From: Xylographa opegraphella
Taxonomy: Eukaryota
Direction of reading: 5' to 3'
DNA: 64,000 nt
Assembly (NCBI GenBank): GCA_022813865.1
Contig: JALDZX010000001.1
Location: 744,001-808,000 of the forward strand
The position numbers and the translations under genes are program-made. Below the pieces are notes generated by a model, which worked only from the letters and a program-made list of their open reading frames with translations, had not been told where the DNA came from and ran no database searches. Positions 1 to 14,349 of the stretch are shown one piece after another. How positions within the stretch are numbered: the first letter of the stretch is position 1; every line of letters starts with the position of its first letter.

Positions 1-564
1 CACGATCAGTATCACTCTCGCCTTCCTCGTCCCCGTCTTCATCTTTGACCATCTCGTCCGCATTGTTGTCAAACTGCGGTGAGAACCCTTTTGAGCCAGA
101 GCTAGTACTTGAAGAGAGAGCTCGAGCAGCAGCAGCAGGTCCGGCAGACTGCGCGCCGTTTGTCATCAGCGACAATACCAAGCCCTCCAGTCGGTCTATT
201 CGATTCTGCATGTCATCTGGGGTCGTCGGGGCTGAGCTGCTTGAATTCGTCTTTCTTCTGTTTCCTTGTGCGGCGTAAGAACATGTTGTTGCCTCCCCTC
301 TCTTCACACAATTCTCACAAGGAGAAGATCTGTTGCATTTCAATCTAGAACCAGCTATTAGCATATGGTCGGATATGTACGCCTACCGAGTCAAAATATG
401 TAAAGAAGGCGAAGAACTGTGGGATAATAGACGTACTTTCTGTTACGACAGGGAGCACAAGACAGCGGCACACGATTTCTTTTCCGGACCACGCGATAGT
501 CCTCATTGCTTGGCTGATTGTTCTCGGTGCTTGAGGGTGTAGCGGAGGGTGGAGTAGGTGCCAT
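1..564 (-). CDS. Zn(II)2Cys6 fungal transcription factor, 5' part (runs off the window start)
   Basis: ATG at 564; intron 436-345 (GTACGT...CTAG) joins RKRNRVPLSCAPCRNRK to LKCNRSSPCENCVKRGEATTC, giving the full six-Cys binuclear cluster followed by the coiled coil MQNRIDRLEGLVLSL. Confidence 0.9.
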
Positions 565-1276
565 CTCGGAGGTGTGGTGCGCCAGACTAGACACTCGACA
601 GGATGAACTTGACTAAGAGGAGAGCCTCCGGGCACGCTTGGTGAAGAGTTACCCAATTTGAGCTGGTTACTTGGTTATGATATTCGTAAACGGTAGCCTG
701 CGGCTTTTAGCGGTGACTTCTCGAACAACAGAATCGACAGGGAATAGACCGTAGACATACCAGTAGAGTGTTCTCTTACAGGAAGGTCTTCAATATCAAC
801 ATACACAAGCCGATTTCGTGGACAAAATCAAACATACCCTGCAAGATAAGTATTGCGCTGCGATCCAGCACTCACGGGCATATCACACTTTACGACGAAT
901 CTAGGTACCTAATCTAGAACATCCCGCACCGCATGTGTCAGCAACTTGATCCCCTACAACCAAGACTTGAATCTCGATACAGATCATGGGTGACCTTGAC
1001 TACATTCATTTTGAGTTCAGAAATATGCTTTGTATTGCTCTAAGTACAACCAGGACGGTGACCACAGCCAGCTATCCGACTCAGAAGACCATGAGGACTT
1101 CCTGGTACCGACATCGTTGTAAGTTTGCTTCAAGCAACGACCAGTACATTTAGCAGGGTACACATTAGCCACTTCAAGACGAAACTCTTATCGAACTAAT
1201 TTACATCTGGTGGATTTGTTAGCCATGTTCTCTCCAGCATATAACCACACATAATCCCGCGTACTTTTGTTTCACG

Positions 1277-3156
1277 CTATGTGAAGCTCTTCGTAAAAGA
1301 GACAACAACATCCTTCAGTTTTGCTTCTAGATCTTTGCTTAAAGCACCCTCTTTGTCAATGGTCGCTAGCAGGTCACTCTCGTTGCTTCTCAAGTGGGCA
1401 AGGAAGTCCGATTCCCATTGCAGGACTTTGGCAACAGGCACGGAGTCCAAGTGTCCATTTACTCCAGCGTAGATCAAAGGAACCATTTCGTTAACAGCCA
1501 TAGGCGAGTATTGCTTTTGCTTCAACAACTCTGTTAGACGCTCACCGCGGTTGAGCGTTTGCTTAGTCGACGCGTCAAGATCGGAGCCGAATTGAGCGAA
1601 AGCAGCGACCTCGCGGTATTGAGCCAAGAACAATTTGAGTGAACCGGCGACTTGTTTCATCGCCTTGAGCTGAGCGGCAGATCCAACACGTGACACAGAA
1701 AGACCGACGTTGATAGCGGGTCGTACGCCCTTGTAGAAGAGTTCAGCTTCCAGAAAGATTTGGCCGTCGGTAATGGAGATAACGTTGGTTGGAATGTAGG
1801 CCGACACATCACCGCCTTGTGTCTCAATAATTGGTAGAGCTGTAAGAGAGCCTCCTCCGTTCTTGTCGTTCATCTTCGCAGCACGTTCTAGAAGACGAGA
1901 ATGAAGGTAGAACACACTAGAAGCAATTAGCCACGAGGTACATGAAGACTTGAACCCAAATCATACTCTCCAGGATACGCCTCACGCCCGGGAGGACGAC
2001 GTAACAGCAATGACATCTGACGATATGCCACAGCTTGTTTCGAAAGATCGTCGAAGATTATCAGAGCATGTTTGCCGTTGTCACGAAACCACTCTCCCAT
2101 AGCACACCCGGTAAATGGCGCAATGTATTGTAGAGGCGCGGCCTCGGAAGCAGTAGCAGCAACAACGATCGTGTATTTCATAGCATCGTTCTCCTCGAGT
2201 GTCTTCACCAATTGGGCAACAGTACTCCGCTTTTGTCCAACAGCGACGTACACGCAGTAGAGCTTCTTCGTCTCGTCGTTCCCGTCATTCCAGCGCTTTT
2301 GATTTAGCATAGCATCAAGAGCAACAGCTGTCTTGCCTGTTTGACGATCGCCGATGATCAGTTCACGTTGACCACGACCAATTGGCACCATTGCATCGAC
2401 AGATTTGAGTCCGGTCTGAACGGGTTGGTTGACGGAACGGCGAGGTAAAATGCCTGGAGCCTTGAGCTGAGCCCGATATCTCTCAGTAGTCTTAATCGGG
2501 CCTTTTCCATCGATAGGGTTTCCCAGAGCATCCACGACACGACCAAGCATCTCAGGACCAACAGGGACATCGACCTAAACAACTATAAGCAACAACGATT
2601 TATTATTTTTGTAAGGCAGCTTACAATCTCCCCGGTACGTTTAACCGTCTCACCTTCCTTGACGAGACGATCCGAACCAAACAGTACGACACCGACTTGA
2701 CCTGCTTCGAGGTTCATGCACATGCCCTTGACACCAGAGGCAAACCTGCATCGCGTTGTGAGCTCGATTGGTTAGGTAAGGCAGGAATATTGCCTACTCG
2801 ACAAGCTCTTCAGCTTGAACGTTGTTCATCCCATGGACGCGAGCGATACCATCACTATAAGTGAGAAGACTGATCAGCTGAAGTCCTAGCGCAAATTTTG
2901 CAGTTGGGTTCGAATTTACTTACCCGACAGACAAAACACGTCCAGTCTCGGCCAGACCAGCTTCTTCTTGTACACCTCGTATACGCTGCTCGAGAATCGA
3001 AGACACTTCGGTAGGTGAAGCTTTGGCATCTGCAGCGTATGTTCGAGCTTGCTTTGAAGCGGCAGTTAGTGCTGGTGTAACAATCCGCACCCTACCGGTC
3101 GCAGAAATGGCAGCAACTGCTGTTCGGCTTGACTGCCGCAATGCATTCCTGAACAT
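1277..3156 (-). CDS. ATP1: Mitochondrial F1 ATP synthase subunit alpha
   Basis: Walker [30 protein letters not shown], Arg/Ser-rich presequence; GT-AG introns 2923-2855, 2797-2746, 2624-2575, 1966-1917. Confidence 0.99.
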
Positions 3157-3835
3157 TATGGGTAGAGCTGCAGGGGCGAGCGGTATTAAACAAGAAGTGA
3201 TTGCAGTGCAATTGGGATCGTGGAATCGCGATTGGGTGCAGTCGACAAGCTTTGACGTTGGAGAGGGATGAGGTTTGGGAGATTTAGAGAAACGAAGCTA
3301 GCCGACTTAGTCGATCGTGATTGGTTCAGACGCCAAATCTCGACTTTCAGCTTGGCTGTGACGAATCCAAAATCCCAAGTTAATGTTTGTGCTGTTGTAT
3401 CTTACAGGTACAATCACGAAGGAAAGCTGGAGCTCGGATGATTTTCCCCATATTGGTCAACTTGATTGTTTACATGTTCCAATGAAGTAAATCTATCTGC
3501 AATAATAACAGCCAGACGTAGCACGGAAGTTTAGTGCTTCCATTACTCTCCTTCGAATAGACGCAATGCCATCCCTGGACAATCTGCACGCAAGGCCTGC
3601 TGTGAAAGGCTTGTATCAACAATTGATTACGAACAGCTGAAGTGCAATGTCTAACCTTGTGACGTCCGAGGCTCAAAGATTCCCAACATCATTTCCTGTG
3701 CTCATTCCTGCAGATGGCTTCCGAGGTAGCATTCCCAACGAGAAGAGGTAAGCTGGGATGCATCTCGACCTTTTGTAGAAATGACTTTCTGACATTCCTT
3801 GTTAAGCGTTGCTCACTTTAGGTTCAGATCCAGCT

Positions 3836-6067
3836 TCAGTTCAGGGCATCAAGGATATGATGTTCTCCAAGAAAGATAATATGCTGCAGTAAAATTTCAT
3901 CTTCTCTCTCTTGTTGGCGAGCTAGCATCTATACATCATGTTCAGTGCTAACCGTCGTAATCGAATCCATGTACTTACGCGCTGGTACAATGTGACCCGC
4001 TCCTTCTTGAACTCTTGAGTTACTGAGTAGTTTTCACTCTGACTCGAATTTTCATTGCTAATTTTCCCGCTGCCTCGTTTTGGAAGCTCATGTAGATTAT
4101 GACAGTGATCTCCTCTTGGACAATATCCTTTCATGAGGAACAATTTGCAGATCGTCATACTCCTATTGGTCTTGTTGTACAGTACTCGAACAGCGTTAGT
4201 GTGTTTCGAAGTTACCTCCGGAGGGCCATCTCCTTCAGAAGAGGAGCCACTGGAGGAGGTATCATCTTCGCTGCAACTAGAGACCTCGGAAGAGCTGAAT
4301 GAGCTTGACTTTGCAACGTCATCCGCATTGAGAAGATCGCCTTCTGCATTTCCAACCACGTTACAATCCAGCAAATCTGCTTCGTCTTTAAGCAATTGAT
4401 CTTCAGGCACTAAAGAAGCCATGAATCCCAATAGAGAAGCTTTCGGCCATGGGATATGTGCCGCTGGTGAAGACGCCAATAGAGGGCGGTCAGCTATTGA
4501 ACCGCGGATATGTGGGCAACCAGAATTTGAAAGATGGTCAGTCGTTGAGGCTTTGGCCATTTTGTCTATGTTGGATCTCGAAGTCTCTACGCTACCAACA
4601 GTGGCATCTGCTCCAGAATTGTCCGCAAGTATACCATTAGCTCCAGTAAGCAGTGGTTGATCCTTCGGAGGCTTGTGTTCGTGCTCCATACTTGTAGAAC
4701 CAGTTGTCGAAAGTTTTGCTTCCATCTCTACAACCCGTCTTTGTGCCTTCTCGTATTGCTTTCGCAGCTTCTCAGCTTTCTGCCTGGCCTTTGCTGTACC
4801 ATCAGGGTTTTCGAGCTTCGGCTCATACTCCACATTTGGACGCTTGTATTTCGCTTTCCGAAGCTCAACAGCGTCCCTCTCAGCTTGGCGTGAATGGTCT
4901 TTCCGCCTTGCCTCTTCCTCAATTCGCTTCTTGGTTGGAAAACGCTTCTTTCGTTCCTCGATCCAGGCTGCAATTTCTGAAGGCGAATTCAGTGTTGCGA
5001 GTCGTCCTTTATAGAGAAATTGTAGTCTAAATAAAGATCAGTTAGGAATTTCAACCAGGCGCTTGAGCTTACTGTCCGACACTTGTTGGTAAGCAGTCGG
5101 CCTGAGTGGCTGCGAGATTAGTCTCTTCGTCGATGTCTTCATCTTCGCTTGATTCGTGGTCTTCAGTTTTTGGAGTCAGACCGAGCCGATTATGTTTCCT
5201 TTTTTTCCTTGGCTTGTGTGCTTTCTCCAAGCTAGACAGATCTCCCGTAACTATAGTCGTTCCAAATTCTGGTACAGATGGAGGAGCAAGAGATTTGGGA
5301 ATGATGTTTCGCGAGCCACGAAATGCAGCACTACTGTTTCGCTGATGACCGGTCCATTGCTGAGCCGAAAAATCGGTTACGATCGACCTAAAGCTTTGGT
5401 GAATGCCTTTACCGGAAGCTTGCCCTTGTAGCTGTGAAGAATCAAACCGCTCTGTCCCCGGAAAGCCCATACGGATTGGAGGACCCATTGAGCGTGGTTT
5501 CATATCGTATGGCGACTCCCCATTGGTATCCTTATGAGCCGCATCAAGGGAGTTACTAGAGGATGGATCTTCAGCATTCTGACCCACAATCCCTGTTTCC
5601 ACATTTCTTTCGTTGAAAGAGTAAGTGTTTAAGGGTATGGTTCTACCAGAAGCAGGTACATAGGGACTATTTGAGAAGCCATAACCTCGGTGTCTGGAGC
5701 CATTCTTTTGCTGTTGCTGTGTCGAATATTGCTGCGTTGTATATTGGTCAGAGCCAATTGAGTAGGGTTGTACTCTATTGTTGTATTGGTTTGTGTGACC
5801 ACCTCGTAGACCTAGCAGCTGTCCATTTGTCCTGGGATTGGTGTAACCATATGAATCTCCATTTCTGCCACCCCTTGAACCCCTTGTAGACCAACCTCGT
5901 GTATTTGAATTACCTCGGCCACCATACTGACCTCCACGATTGTTTCCGTTATAAGTGTTGCCGAAATGAACTTGATGCGTTGAAGGGAAACCCTCAAAAT
6001 TCGCTGAGGGCGGTGGAGGCGGAGGCGGAGGCGGAGGCGGTGGAAAGACAAAATTTGTGGAAGTCAT
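3836..6067 (-). CDS. NUFIP1/Rsa1-domain, CCCH zinc-finger protein (probable box C/D snoRNP assembly factor)
   Basis: Poly-Pro/RGG N-terminus; exon 2 encodes EIAAWIEERKKRFPT (NUFIP1 motif); CKLFLMKGYCPRGDHCHNLH CCCH finger; last exon 3928-3836 gives MLARQQEREDEILLQHIIFLGEHHIL. Confidence 0.8.
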
Positions 6068-6255
6068 TCGATACAGCCACCAGGCTGCGATCACGGTGCA
6101 AAGAGCACCCTAGACTGAGTCCCGTCCCAGCTTAGTGTTGCAATATTCAAGGCGCAACTCACGTGTAATTCAAAGAACTTTTCTTGCTTATCCTACCCGG
6201 TGATGGCCAATTGACAAGGACTTGCGCATGTGTGAGTAGACCAAGAATTCCAGAT

Positions 6256-7287
6256 ATGTTTATATTGGTATGCTAGCCTCTACCTCATGTAGTTGTGTTG
6301 CTGACATCTCAGACCACGATATCGGATCTCGTCCAGATCACTCCGGAGGACTTCCAGAAACCCAGTGTTGAAGCTATTGAGGATAACCTCAACGAAAAAT
6401 ATGCGAACAAGGTACTTTGGCTGTGGCTGACCGGCTCAAAACTCTACAATTTAATGTTGGTTGTATACTAAGAATTACTCTTTAAGGTAATTCAAAAAAT
6501 TGGCCTTTGCATATGTGTCTACGACCTTCTAACAACATCGGATGGTCTTATCGGACACGGTACAGGAATCGTCAATGTCAATGGTAGTGATTAGCCCTCA
6601 AGAGTGTTTGGGGTGCCTTTTCTGACTTTCAATGCGTATGGGTAGTCGAGTTTCGCCTCATCGTCTTCAGACCATTTAAGGGAGAGATCATTTTGGGAAA
6701 GATCAGCGGTGCCTCAGAATGGGGAATGAAAAGTCAGAGGTGAAGCTTAATCTGTGCACAAGCTTTACTGATTTATGCTGCAGTCCGACTCGACTTTTTC
6801 GAGGATATCCATGTCCCGCCCAATTTGATGTTTCCTGGAAGTTTCTTGTAAGCGACGACAATTTGTCTTCCTACATTGATGCTCCATCGCGTGGCGCTGT
6901 ACGGTTAGCTATGCATATCGAAGCACTCTAGGACGTGCCTTCGGACAATCCACTACGCAGATGTCAAAGCACTTCCTGTTTGAGGAAATTCAATACAGCG
7001 GCTTACGTTTCTTGCCTAGTAACGTCCAAGAACAGTGCTGGGTGTGGAACAATGAAGGCACTGAATACTTCTACGACAAGCACGAGTGGGTTCGCATACG
7101 AGTTGAGCAGGAGCATTGGCATGACCAATCGCCGCTGGCTCCATCAGAACGTGAGACCGCTGCTGCAACCGAGCGAAAAAGTCCCTTCAGTATCACGGTA
7201 AGTTATTCAGTTAGCACTTATTACGGTCTCTGACCTCAATAGGCGTCGATGATGCAAGCTGCCTTGGGTCCTACAGAGTGGTGGTAG
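6256..7287 (+). CDS. RPC25: RNA polymerase III subunit Rpc25 (RPC8), 7 exons
   Basis: Spliced MFIL|TTISDLVQITPEDF..NEKYANK|VIQKIGLCICVYD..|VEFRLIVFRPFKGEI..|..|..ASMMQAALGPTEWW*. Confidence 0.93.
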
Positions 7288-8165
7288 CCATTTTGACATC
7301 AGCGAGAAAACAATCTAACTATGCTGCTCCTTCATAATCTGAAAAGAATGTTACTTAGGCTTCTTGCCGCATGAGAGCATTAATCTGATAGATTAAAATG
7401 TAAGATAGTGCTCGCTTCTCTGCGGTATATATCTAAAGGTCGTGTCCAGGAACTGCACGTATGGTGACTAGACATTCATGCACCACCAGCGGCTCCGAGC
7501 AGCCATTTTTTGGGGTCGCTTTCCGGTTGTTCACGTAAGGAATTTAAAAGTACCGCAGGTGGTGAATTACGATGACTTCAGCTGATATGTTAGAGGACTG
7601 GGGATAAGGAGCTTCAGCATTCATATGGCTGGGCTGAATGTGATCTACCACATGCAGTAAATTAATCTTGATATGTTCGTGGTGGGGTTAGTACACCTCT
7701 TTTGAAAGGTTTATACCTTTGGATTATGGACCGCGCAGTGAAGAGAATGGAGTATCTCGCGGAATGATGGATCTATGCCTAAAGTACGCAGACACTTTCT
7801 TGCACTATTCTATAATCAATGGAGATGACCAAGAAACGCACATGCAGAAACCCATTATCATATTTGTAATTGTTTATTACGTTAATGAACCCCAAAAACA
7901 AGTCACAACATGGGCAGACAATGCACAATATTTGTATTAGTCTTTTACGCACGAATACCAAAGTAGAGTTATGGTGTGCCTTCAAACACAGTACTAATGC
8001 CATGCGTGCAAGAACCTATGCTTTCGTCCATAAGGTAGCGATCCAACTCCAATACCAATACTCTTTACAACCATGATACCTATAGCAATAACGCCCGCTA
8101 ACATGACAATTGGATCATTCCAAGCACAGAAGCCATCTCATCACATCACACTGTAGTAGCACTTA

Positions 8166-9237
8166 TCAATGTCCACGAGCCTTCTCTGCCAAAAGACGCC
8201 GTCTTTTTGCTTCCTTCTGCCGCTTAAGCTCATCGAGCATCATCTTTTCGAAATCGTCTTCCTTTTTAGCCAGTCTAGCTGCCTTCTCGTCTTCCTCTTC
8301 TACATCTTCGAAACCAGCTTCCATGTCTGAATAGTCGTCATCCTCCATGTAGGACTCTCCGTCATCTACTTCAGACTCCTCCTCGCTATATCTTTCTTTC
8401 CGACGAGACACAGACTTAGGTTGGGCCGCACGAGGAGCGTCACTGTCGTATGCTCTCTTGTGGGCCGAAGTTGGTGGTGGAGAGACCGGCCTCATTGTAC
8501 CCTTGTAGAATGTCTGGGATTTGGCTTTGGCTGTACCCTGATATCCTGTGGTCTTCACAGACTTTCCTTGTAGAGTAGCAGCCTCTTTTTGTTTGCTTGG
8601 GGCTGGACTGCTTCTCTGACTACCAGGGGCGCTCTTTGAGATCTTGCTACCATCTTTGGTTTTCAACGCCCGCTCACGTTTAAGTAACTCGAGCTCTTTC
8701 TTACTGCTGAGCTTCTCTTTGGGTTTGTGTGTGATAATACCAACCGGAGGAATCGTCGGTTTTCCTCTTGCCATTATCTCCGCGAAAGAACCCTTTTTGG
8801 GCGGAGCCTTTCCTTCAGCTGAGACGGGCGTGATTGGACTTGGTCTAGAGACGCCTTTATTCGCTCCAGAAGGAGCAGAAGTTACCTTCAGCATTGGTTT
8901 TACGCTCATCACATTCTTATCGCTGGCTCCAACGCCACTGTTCGTTTTTGCTGGAAAGGCATCCCTCTTGTGCGCCTTACCAGGTGGGCAGGGAAGAACT
9001 GTTTCTGCTTTGCGTTTTCCCAGCACCAAGCCGCTGTTTGTGGTGGGCGATTGATAGTTTTGGGGTATGGTATCGTTACCTGGTTTTGTGACAGTGGTCT
9101 GCGCTGAGTTCATGTGGGTCCTGACGGTAGGAGCTACAACCGGAGTGCTACCGTCATTGATGGCACTCAGCACAGAGTTGAGAAACTGATTTAATCAGCT
9201 TCCACCCCACCACGAACCCGACTCTACTTACGCTCAT
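8166..9237 (-). CDS. SPT2: SPT2-like chromatin protein
   Basis: MS|intron|FLNSVLSAI; Lys-rich body; C-terminal SDMEAGFEDVEEEDEKAARLAKKEDDFE motif typical of the SPT2 domain. Confidence 0.8.
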
Positions 9238-9717
9238 GCTGGCTAGGAGCCTCAAACAGGAACAAAGATAACGTTACCGCCGATGGTTGGTAGGTAATTG
9301 AGAAATCATGACTCTCAGAACTACAGTCTCTTATAATATACAAAGTGGCCACAGCAACATAGATGACAGAAGCAAGTGAAGGACGGTGTCAATATTAGAA
9401 AGTGAATAGACTTAGGGCAGCCTGAACACATTGTCTTTCGCAGTTCTATATCCGGAACTGCGCTCGGGCCGATTCGCCTCGCGCTAAGCATTATCCCACA
9501 CTGCTCTAGCGCCCGCACTTTAGCCTTACGCACATATACGATTTCCATAGCCACATTATTCGACTCTGAACTTACCACACATTAAGAACTTGACGTTTCA
9601 GTCTCCGCTAACTCGCGGTTAAATCGATTGACTCTCTCGTTCGACCATCATCCCTCATAAAGTAAAGGACCTCTGCAACAGCTAGTAGAAATTGCTAACA
9701 TGGATTTAGACTCGAAA

Positions 9718-10113
9718 ATGAAGCATCTCGCTGCATACCTTCTCCTTGGACTTGGTGGAAACACTGAACCATCTGCAGAGGATATCAAGAGCGTGTTAGA
9801 ATCCGTTGGTATCGATGCCGATGAGGAGCGTTTGGAGAAGTTGATCGGAGAACTCAAGGGCAAGGACCTGCAAGAGGTGAGTTGCGTAACGGAGGCCATC
9901 TCTCTGTGACTGTCTAACAAGGACTAGTTGATTGCTGAGGGAGCCTCAAAACTGGCTTCAGTGCCATCAGGAGGCGGAGGTGGAGGAGGTACTGCATCTG
10001 CACCTGCAGCTGTTGGAGATTCTGGCCCTGTTGCAGAAGAAGAGAAGCCAGCCGAGAAAGAGGAAGAGAAAGAGGAGTCGGATGAGGATATGGGCTTTGG
10101 TCTTTTCGATTAA
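9718..10113 (+). CDS. RPP2: 60S acidic ribosomal protein P2
   Basis: [10 protein letters not shown]... intron 9877-9947 ...[14 protein letters not shown]-terminus. Confidence 0.97.
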
Positions 10114-10577
10114 ACTTGATAGATTCTTGCCTACAATCTAAAAGTGGAGGTCATTCATACTGCTGTGCAAAGCTCCTGTTTACACTTCTTCCAAGATCAG
10201 TAGTTTAGATCTGTATCTGCCTCTACTCACACTAGGATCTTACGCAGAGATTGGATAAATGTGATTGCCTGCTAACAATTGCCACATTCCAATCAGGAAA
10301 TGTTGTTTCTCTTAAGCCTACTCTGCTACTCCATGTGAATACTAGGGAAACTGCAAGTTTTATAGATCTTAAGAACAAATGTTTCGTAATTCCGTTTGGA
10401 ATACCGAGTACCTCATTCTGTAGGGTGTAAGCGTGTCAAGTGATAGGGCAAATTATTAGCGTTGCCCACACCTCGCTTCGCGACTATGAACCAACCTCAA
10501 TTGAGATTACGCCGAGTGACCGCACAACCATCAATCCTGACACTCCAATATCCATTCGAAAAGTCATCGAACAAACC

Positions 10578-11364
10578 ATGGCTGACGAAGACTACGTAAG
10601 TGTGCTCTCAAAGTGTCTTACACTCAGGGTAGAGGTGTACTGACTGTCCTCTGAATAGAACGCTGAGGAAGCCGCTGGTACGTAGACGCAATTACAGTGA
10701 ACTGCTATTGTTTCTCATGGATGCGCTTTGGAAGAACACAATATGAATGAACGAAGAGGAAAAACTACACTGCATATTCTCATACCGAATTCCAGACTTG
10801 GAAGCTAATTCGGAGCATCATTTAGAGCTTAAGAAGAAGAGAACCTTTCGCAAATTCTCCTATCGAGGCATTGATCTTGACCAGTACGTTGCAATCGGAC
10901 TTGACTTAGCTTTTAGAATAAAACCTAACAGCTCACGTCGAATAGACTCCTCGACCTCTCCTCGGAACAACTTCGTGATGTAATTCACGCACGTGCCAGA
11001 CGTCGGTTCAACCGTGGCCTCAACCGTAGTCCTCTGCGCTTGATCAAGAAGCTTCGCAAATCAAAGCAAGAAGCGAAGCCGAATGAGAAGCCAGACTTGG
11101 TAAAGACGCACTTGCGGGATATGATCGTGGTACCCGAAATGATTGGCAGTGTTATTGGCATTTATTCGGGGAAAGAGTTTAACCAGGTGGAAATAAAGCC
11201 GGAAATGGTGGGACACTATCTGGGAGAGTTCTCGATCTCATAGTGAGTTCAGGCCCTCTGTCAAGTTTCTGCATGATCGCTAAAGAGTCTTTAGCAAACC
11301 GGTCAAGCACGGAAGGCCTGGTATTGGAGCTACGCATTCGTCACGGTTCATTCCCCTTAAGTAA
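10578..11364 (+). CDS. RPS15: 40S ribosomal protein S15 (uS19), 5 exons
   Basis: [57 protein letters not shown]. Confidence 0.98.
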
Positions 11365-12648
11365 GCTGGTGAGGAATGCGGATGGGGTTGGGATGTTGCG
11401 CTACGGATGGAGGACTGTCAAATAGCTCGAATATAGCAAAGACTTTCTTTCTAGGTTTTATTGTGATTTATGCTATCATGGAATCATTTCTAACAGTCAC
11501 GGAGGCTGATGTCTGGTTGGATCGCTTTCATATACCCCATATCAATTTCGACGGTTTTGCCAGATTGATTAATGTAAGGCGGTACCGACATATCAGTCCA
11601 TGTCAGTCAATGGAGGTCTTGCAGTTGGCAGATACTACTTTTTCTTTTTCACGCCCAGCTTGGTAGTTACATTCAAATATACGTCGAAACGAGCTTGAAT
11701 GTGACTGCATCCGGCTTTACGCTGACGACCGTATCTACCACGACTTGCAACTCAGCACCCTCATTGAAGCAAGCAGTGGACAAAGAAATCTCCTTTATCG
11801 GGGCCTACAAGGTGGGTATTACCCACTCCCATGATCATGTAATAATCAATTGTGTTTAGGCGTTATTTTTCCGGTCTTTGCAGGATGCCGACGCTGTTAT
11901 GTCTCGGAGCTTGTCTTTATCGAACGTTCTCCGTCTGAGGTACAGCGATTCTGACATGGCTATCCATGTTGTTCCTGTGGTAGGCAGAGTTGAGATCTAG
12001 GGTTGCAACGGCTTCTTGGGTTGCTGCTTGACGGTCGACGAGATCTCATGAACAAGTCGAAAGTCCAGAAAGCTTCAGAAGCTTGGACTCCCCCAGCGTG
12101 AACCGCTTCTAGAGCTACTTGTAGTCAGTCACGAGACTGAAATATTATGCCGATTCAAGTCGTTCTGCATTTAAACCTTTGTCACAGACCATTATATACT
12201 GGTAACAGTGGTCCTCAGGCACGTAAGCACTGCAAGATGGTATTGTAAATGCTAACATTGAGCATCATTCAAGAAATATGAAAGCATGCATTTATCACCT
12301 CTTAGCAGATCCAGCAGGTCTCGGGATCACCGCCCCCAGCCCGAAGAGCCCTGAGCGTACCAATGGCGTCATCGGAAAAGCATCCATTTGTCAAAGAATG
12401 GTGAACCGAGGCCGACTATTGAATTTGATCTGTCAGCCAGCTCAAATCTCTACATTGTGCTATAAGCGGTTCTAAGTTCAAGTACTTGGACTCATTTGTA
12501 AAAAGACCTTCTCCTGGCTGTGAAACCTGTCCTTTATCTCGAAACAGCATTAAATTTGGACCGTAGCATCCAGTAAAATTATTGGTGTACATTTTCCACT
12601 CCATCCCTTTCTACACTGTCCCGCTCAAAAATCATTCAGAGGCACCAG

Positions 12649-14059
12649 ATGTCTCCATCAGCGGACTTGGCTATTGACACTCCTCCTCGCGCTCCTTCAC
12701 CTGTTCACAGATTTGGAACTTTGGCAGTGCATGCGGGCAGTCCCATTGATCCTGTGACTGGAGCAGTGATTGAACCGGTAGGGCCTCGCGATAGTTCATG
12801 CTTTGCACATCCTTAACGTATTTCACAAAGATCTCTCTCTCCACTACTTTCGCGCAGACTGGAGTTGGGAAACCAATTGGCGCATATGAGTATGTCAGAA
12901 GCTCAAACCCTAACAGGCAAGTCTGCAGCCTCCTTCAAAACTTAATGTGTTCTAATATATTAATAGGGACAACTTCGAAAAGGCTGTTGCAGCTCTTGAA
13001 CATGCTCGTTTTGCGCTAGCATTCTCCTCTGGCTCCGCAACGACCGCTACCATCTTACAATCCCTAGCCCAAGGCTCGCATGTTATTTCAGTGTCAGACG
13101 TGTATGGTGGAACACATCGATACTTCACAAAAGTCGCAGCCGCGCATGGCGTTCAAGTGACCTTCTCGCCGAGTATTGAGTTGGACATTGCAGAGCTCAT
13201 AAGGCCAGACGAGACAAAATTGATATGGATTGAAAGTCCCAGCAATCCGACATTGAGTTTGGTAGACATAAGAGCTGTTGCCACAGTTGCGCATCGGCAT
13301 GGTATAATGGTGGTCGTGGACAACACCTTTTTGAGTCCGTACGTACAAAATCCACTGGATCATGGGGCAGATATTGTCATTCATTCGGTAACAAAGTACA
13401 TAAATGGACATTCGGTGAGCTAATTTGCTCTCAAGTAGTTGATAGCATATGCTGACAATAATTAGGATGTGCTAATGGGAGTCGCGGCCTTTAATTCCGA
13501 ATCCATCGGCGAGCGCCTCACCTTCCTTCAGAATGCTATCGGTGCAGTACCATCCGCCTTTGACTGCTGGCTTGCTCACCGAGGCCTGAAAACACTTCAT
13601 TTACGCGCTCGTGAAGCCACCATCAATGCCACGTCGATCGCTAAAGCTCTAGAATCCTCCCCACATGTTATCGCTGTAAATTATCCAGGGCTCAAATCGC
13701 ATCCTCATCGTCCCATAGCCATCAAACAGCACCGCGACGGCATGGGCGGTGGTATGCTTAGCTTTCGTATTAAGGGTGGAAAGGAGGCTGCAGAGCGATT
13801 TTGCCAGAACACCGGCATCTTCACACTGGCCGAAAGTCTTGGGGGAGTCGAAAGTCTCGTCGAAGTCCCAAGCAGTATGACGCATGCTGGTATACCGCAG
13901 GAGCAAAGAGAGGCTGCTGGGGTGTTCGATGACCTTGTCAGGGTAAGCTGTGGCATTGAAGATGTGGAAGACCTCAGAGCAGATGTTCTGCAAGCACTGG
14001 AAAAGGCCGTGGTTGCCCCTAAGATTAACGGATTCAGAGGGCTGAACGGTCATGCATGA
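12649..14059 (+). CDS. CYS3: Cystathionine gamma-lyase (PLP-dependent)
   Basis: YEYVRSSNPNR, DVYGGT, IESPSNP, VDNTF, PLP lysine HSVTKYINGHSD, LAESLGGVESL; three introns, the second GC-AG. Confidence 0.93.
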
Positions 14060-14349
14060 TTTATGGTAAGATGTTCTAAACGACGAAAATGTGAGCGACG
14101 GCGCATTGGTGGACCAGATGTGGATTCTTTAGCTTCATGTGGAAGGAAATAGGTGCCTTGGCAATGTGACACTATATATGGCGGTCTTCAATAGAGTACA
14201 GATGAACCTCTTCTAGAAATAAGGTATAGAACTACTAGATAAAGCCCTTCAAATCGATGATGGTTCCAGAAAACATCCGTCCTCGAGTGTGACTCAACTG
14301 CGACGAAAAGGGTTTGATACGAAAGCAGAGATTGACCGCTTTCGTTACA

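Noticed and set aside
10678..10823. Possible intronic snoRNA in the long RPS15 intron (also RPC25 intron 6848-7019)
   Set aside because: No convincing C/D or H/ACA box pair could be identified by eye.
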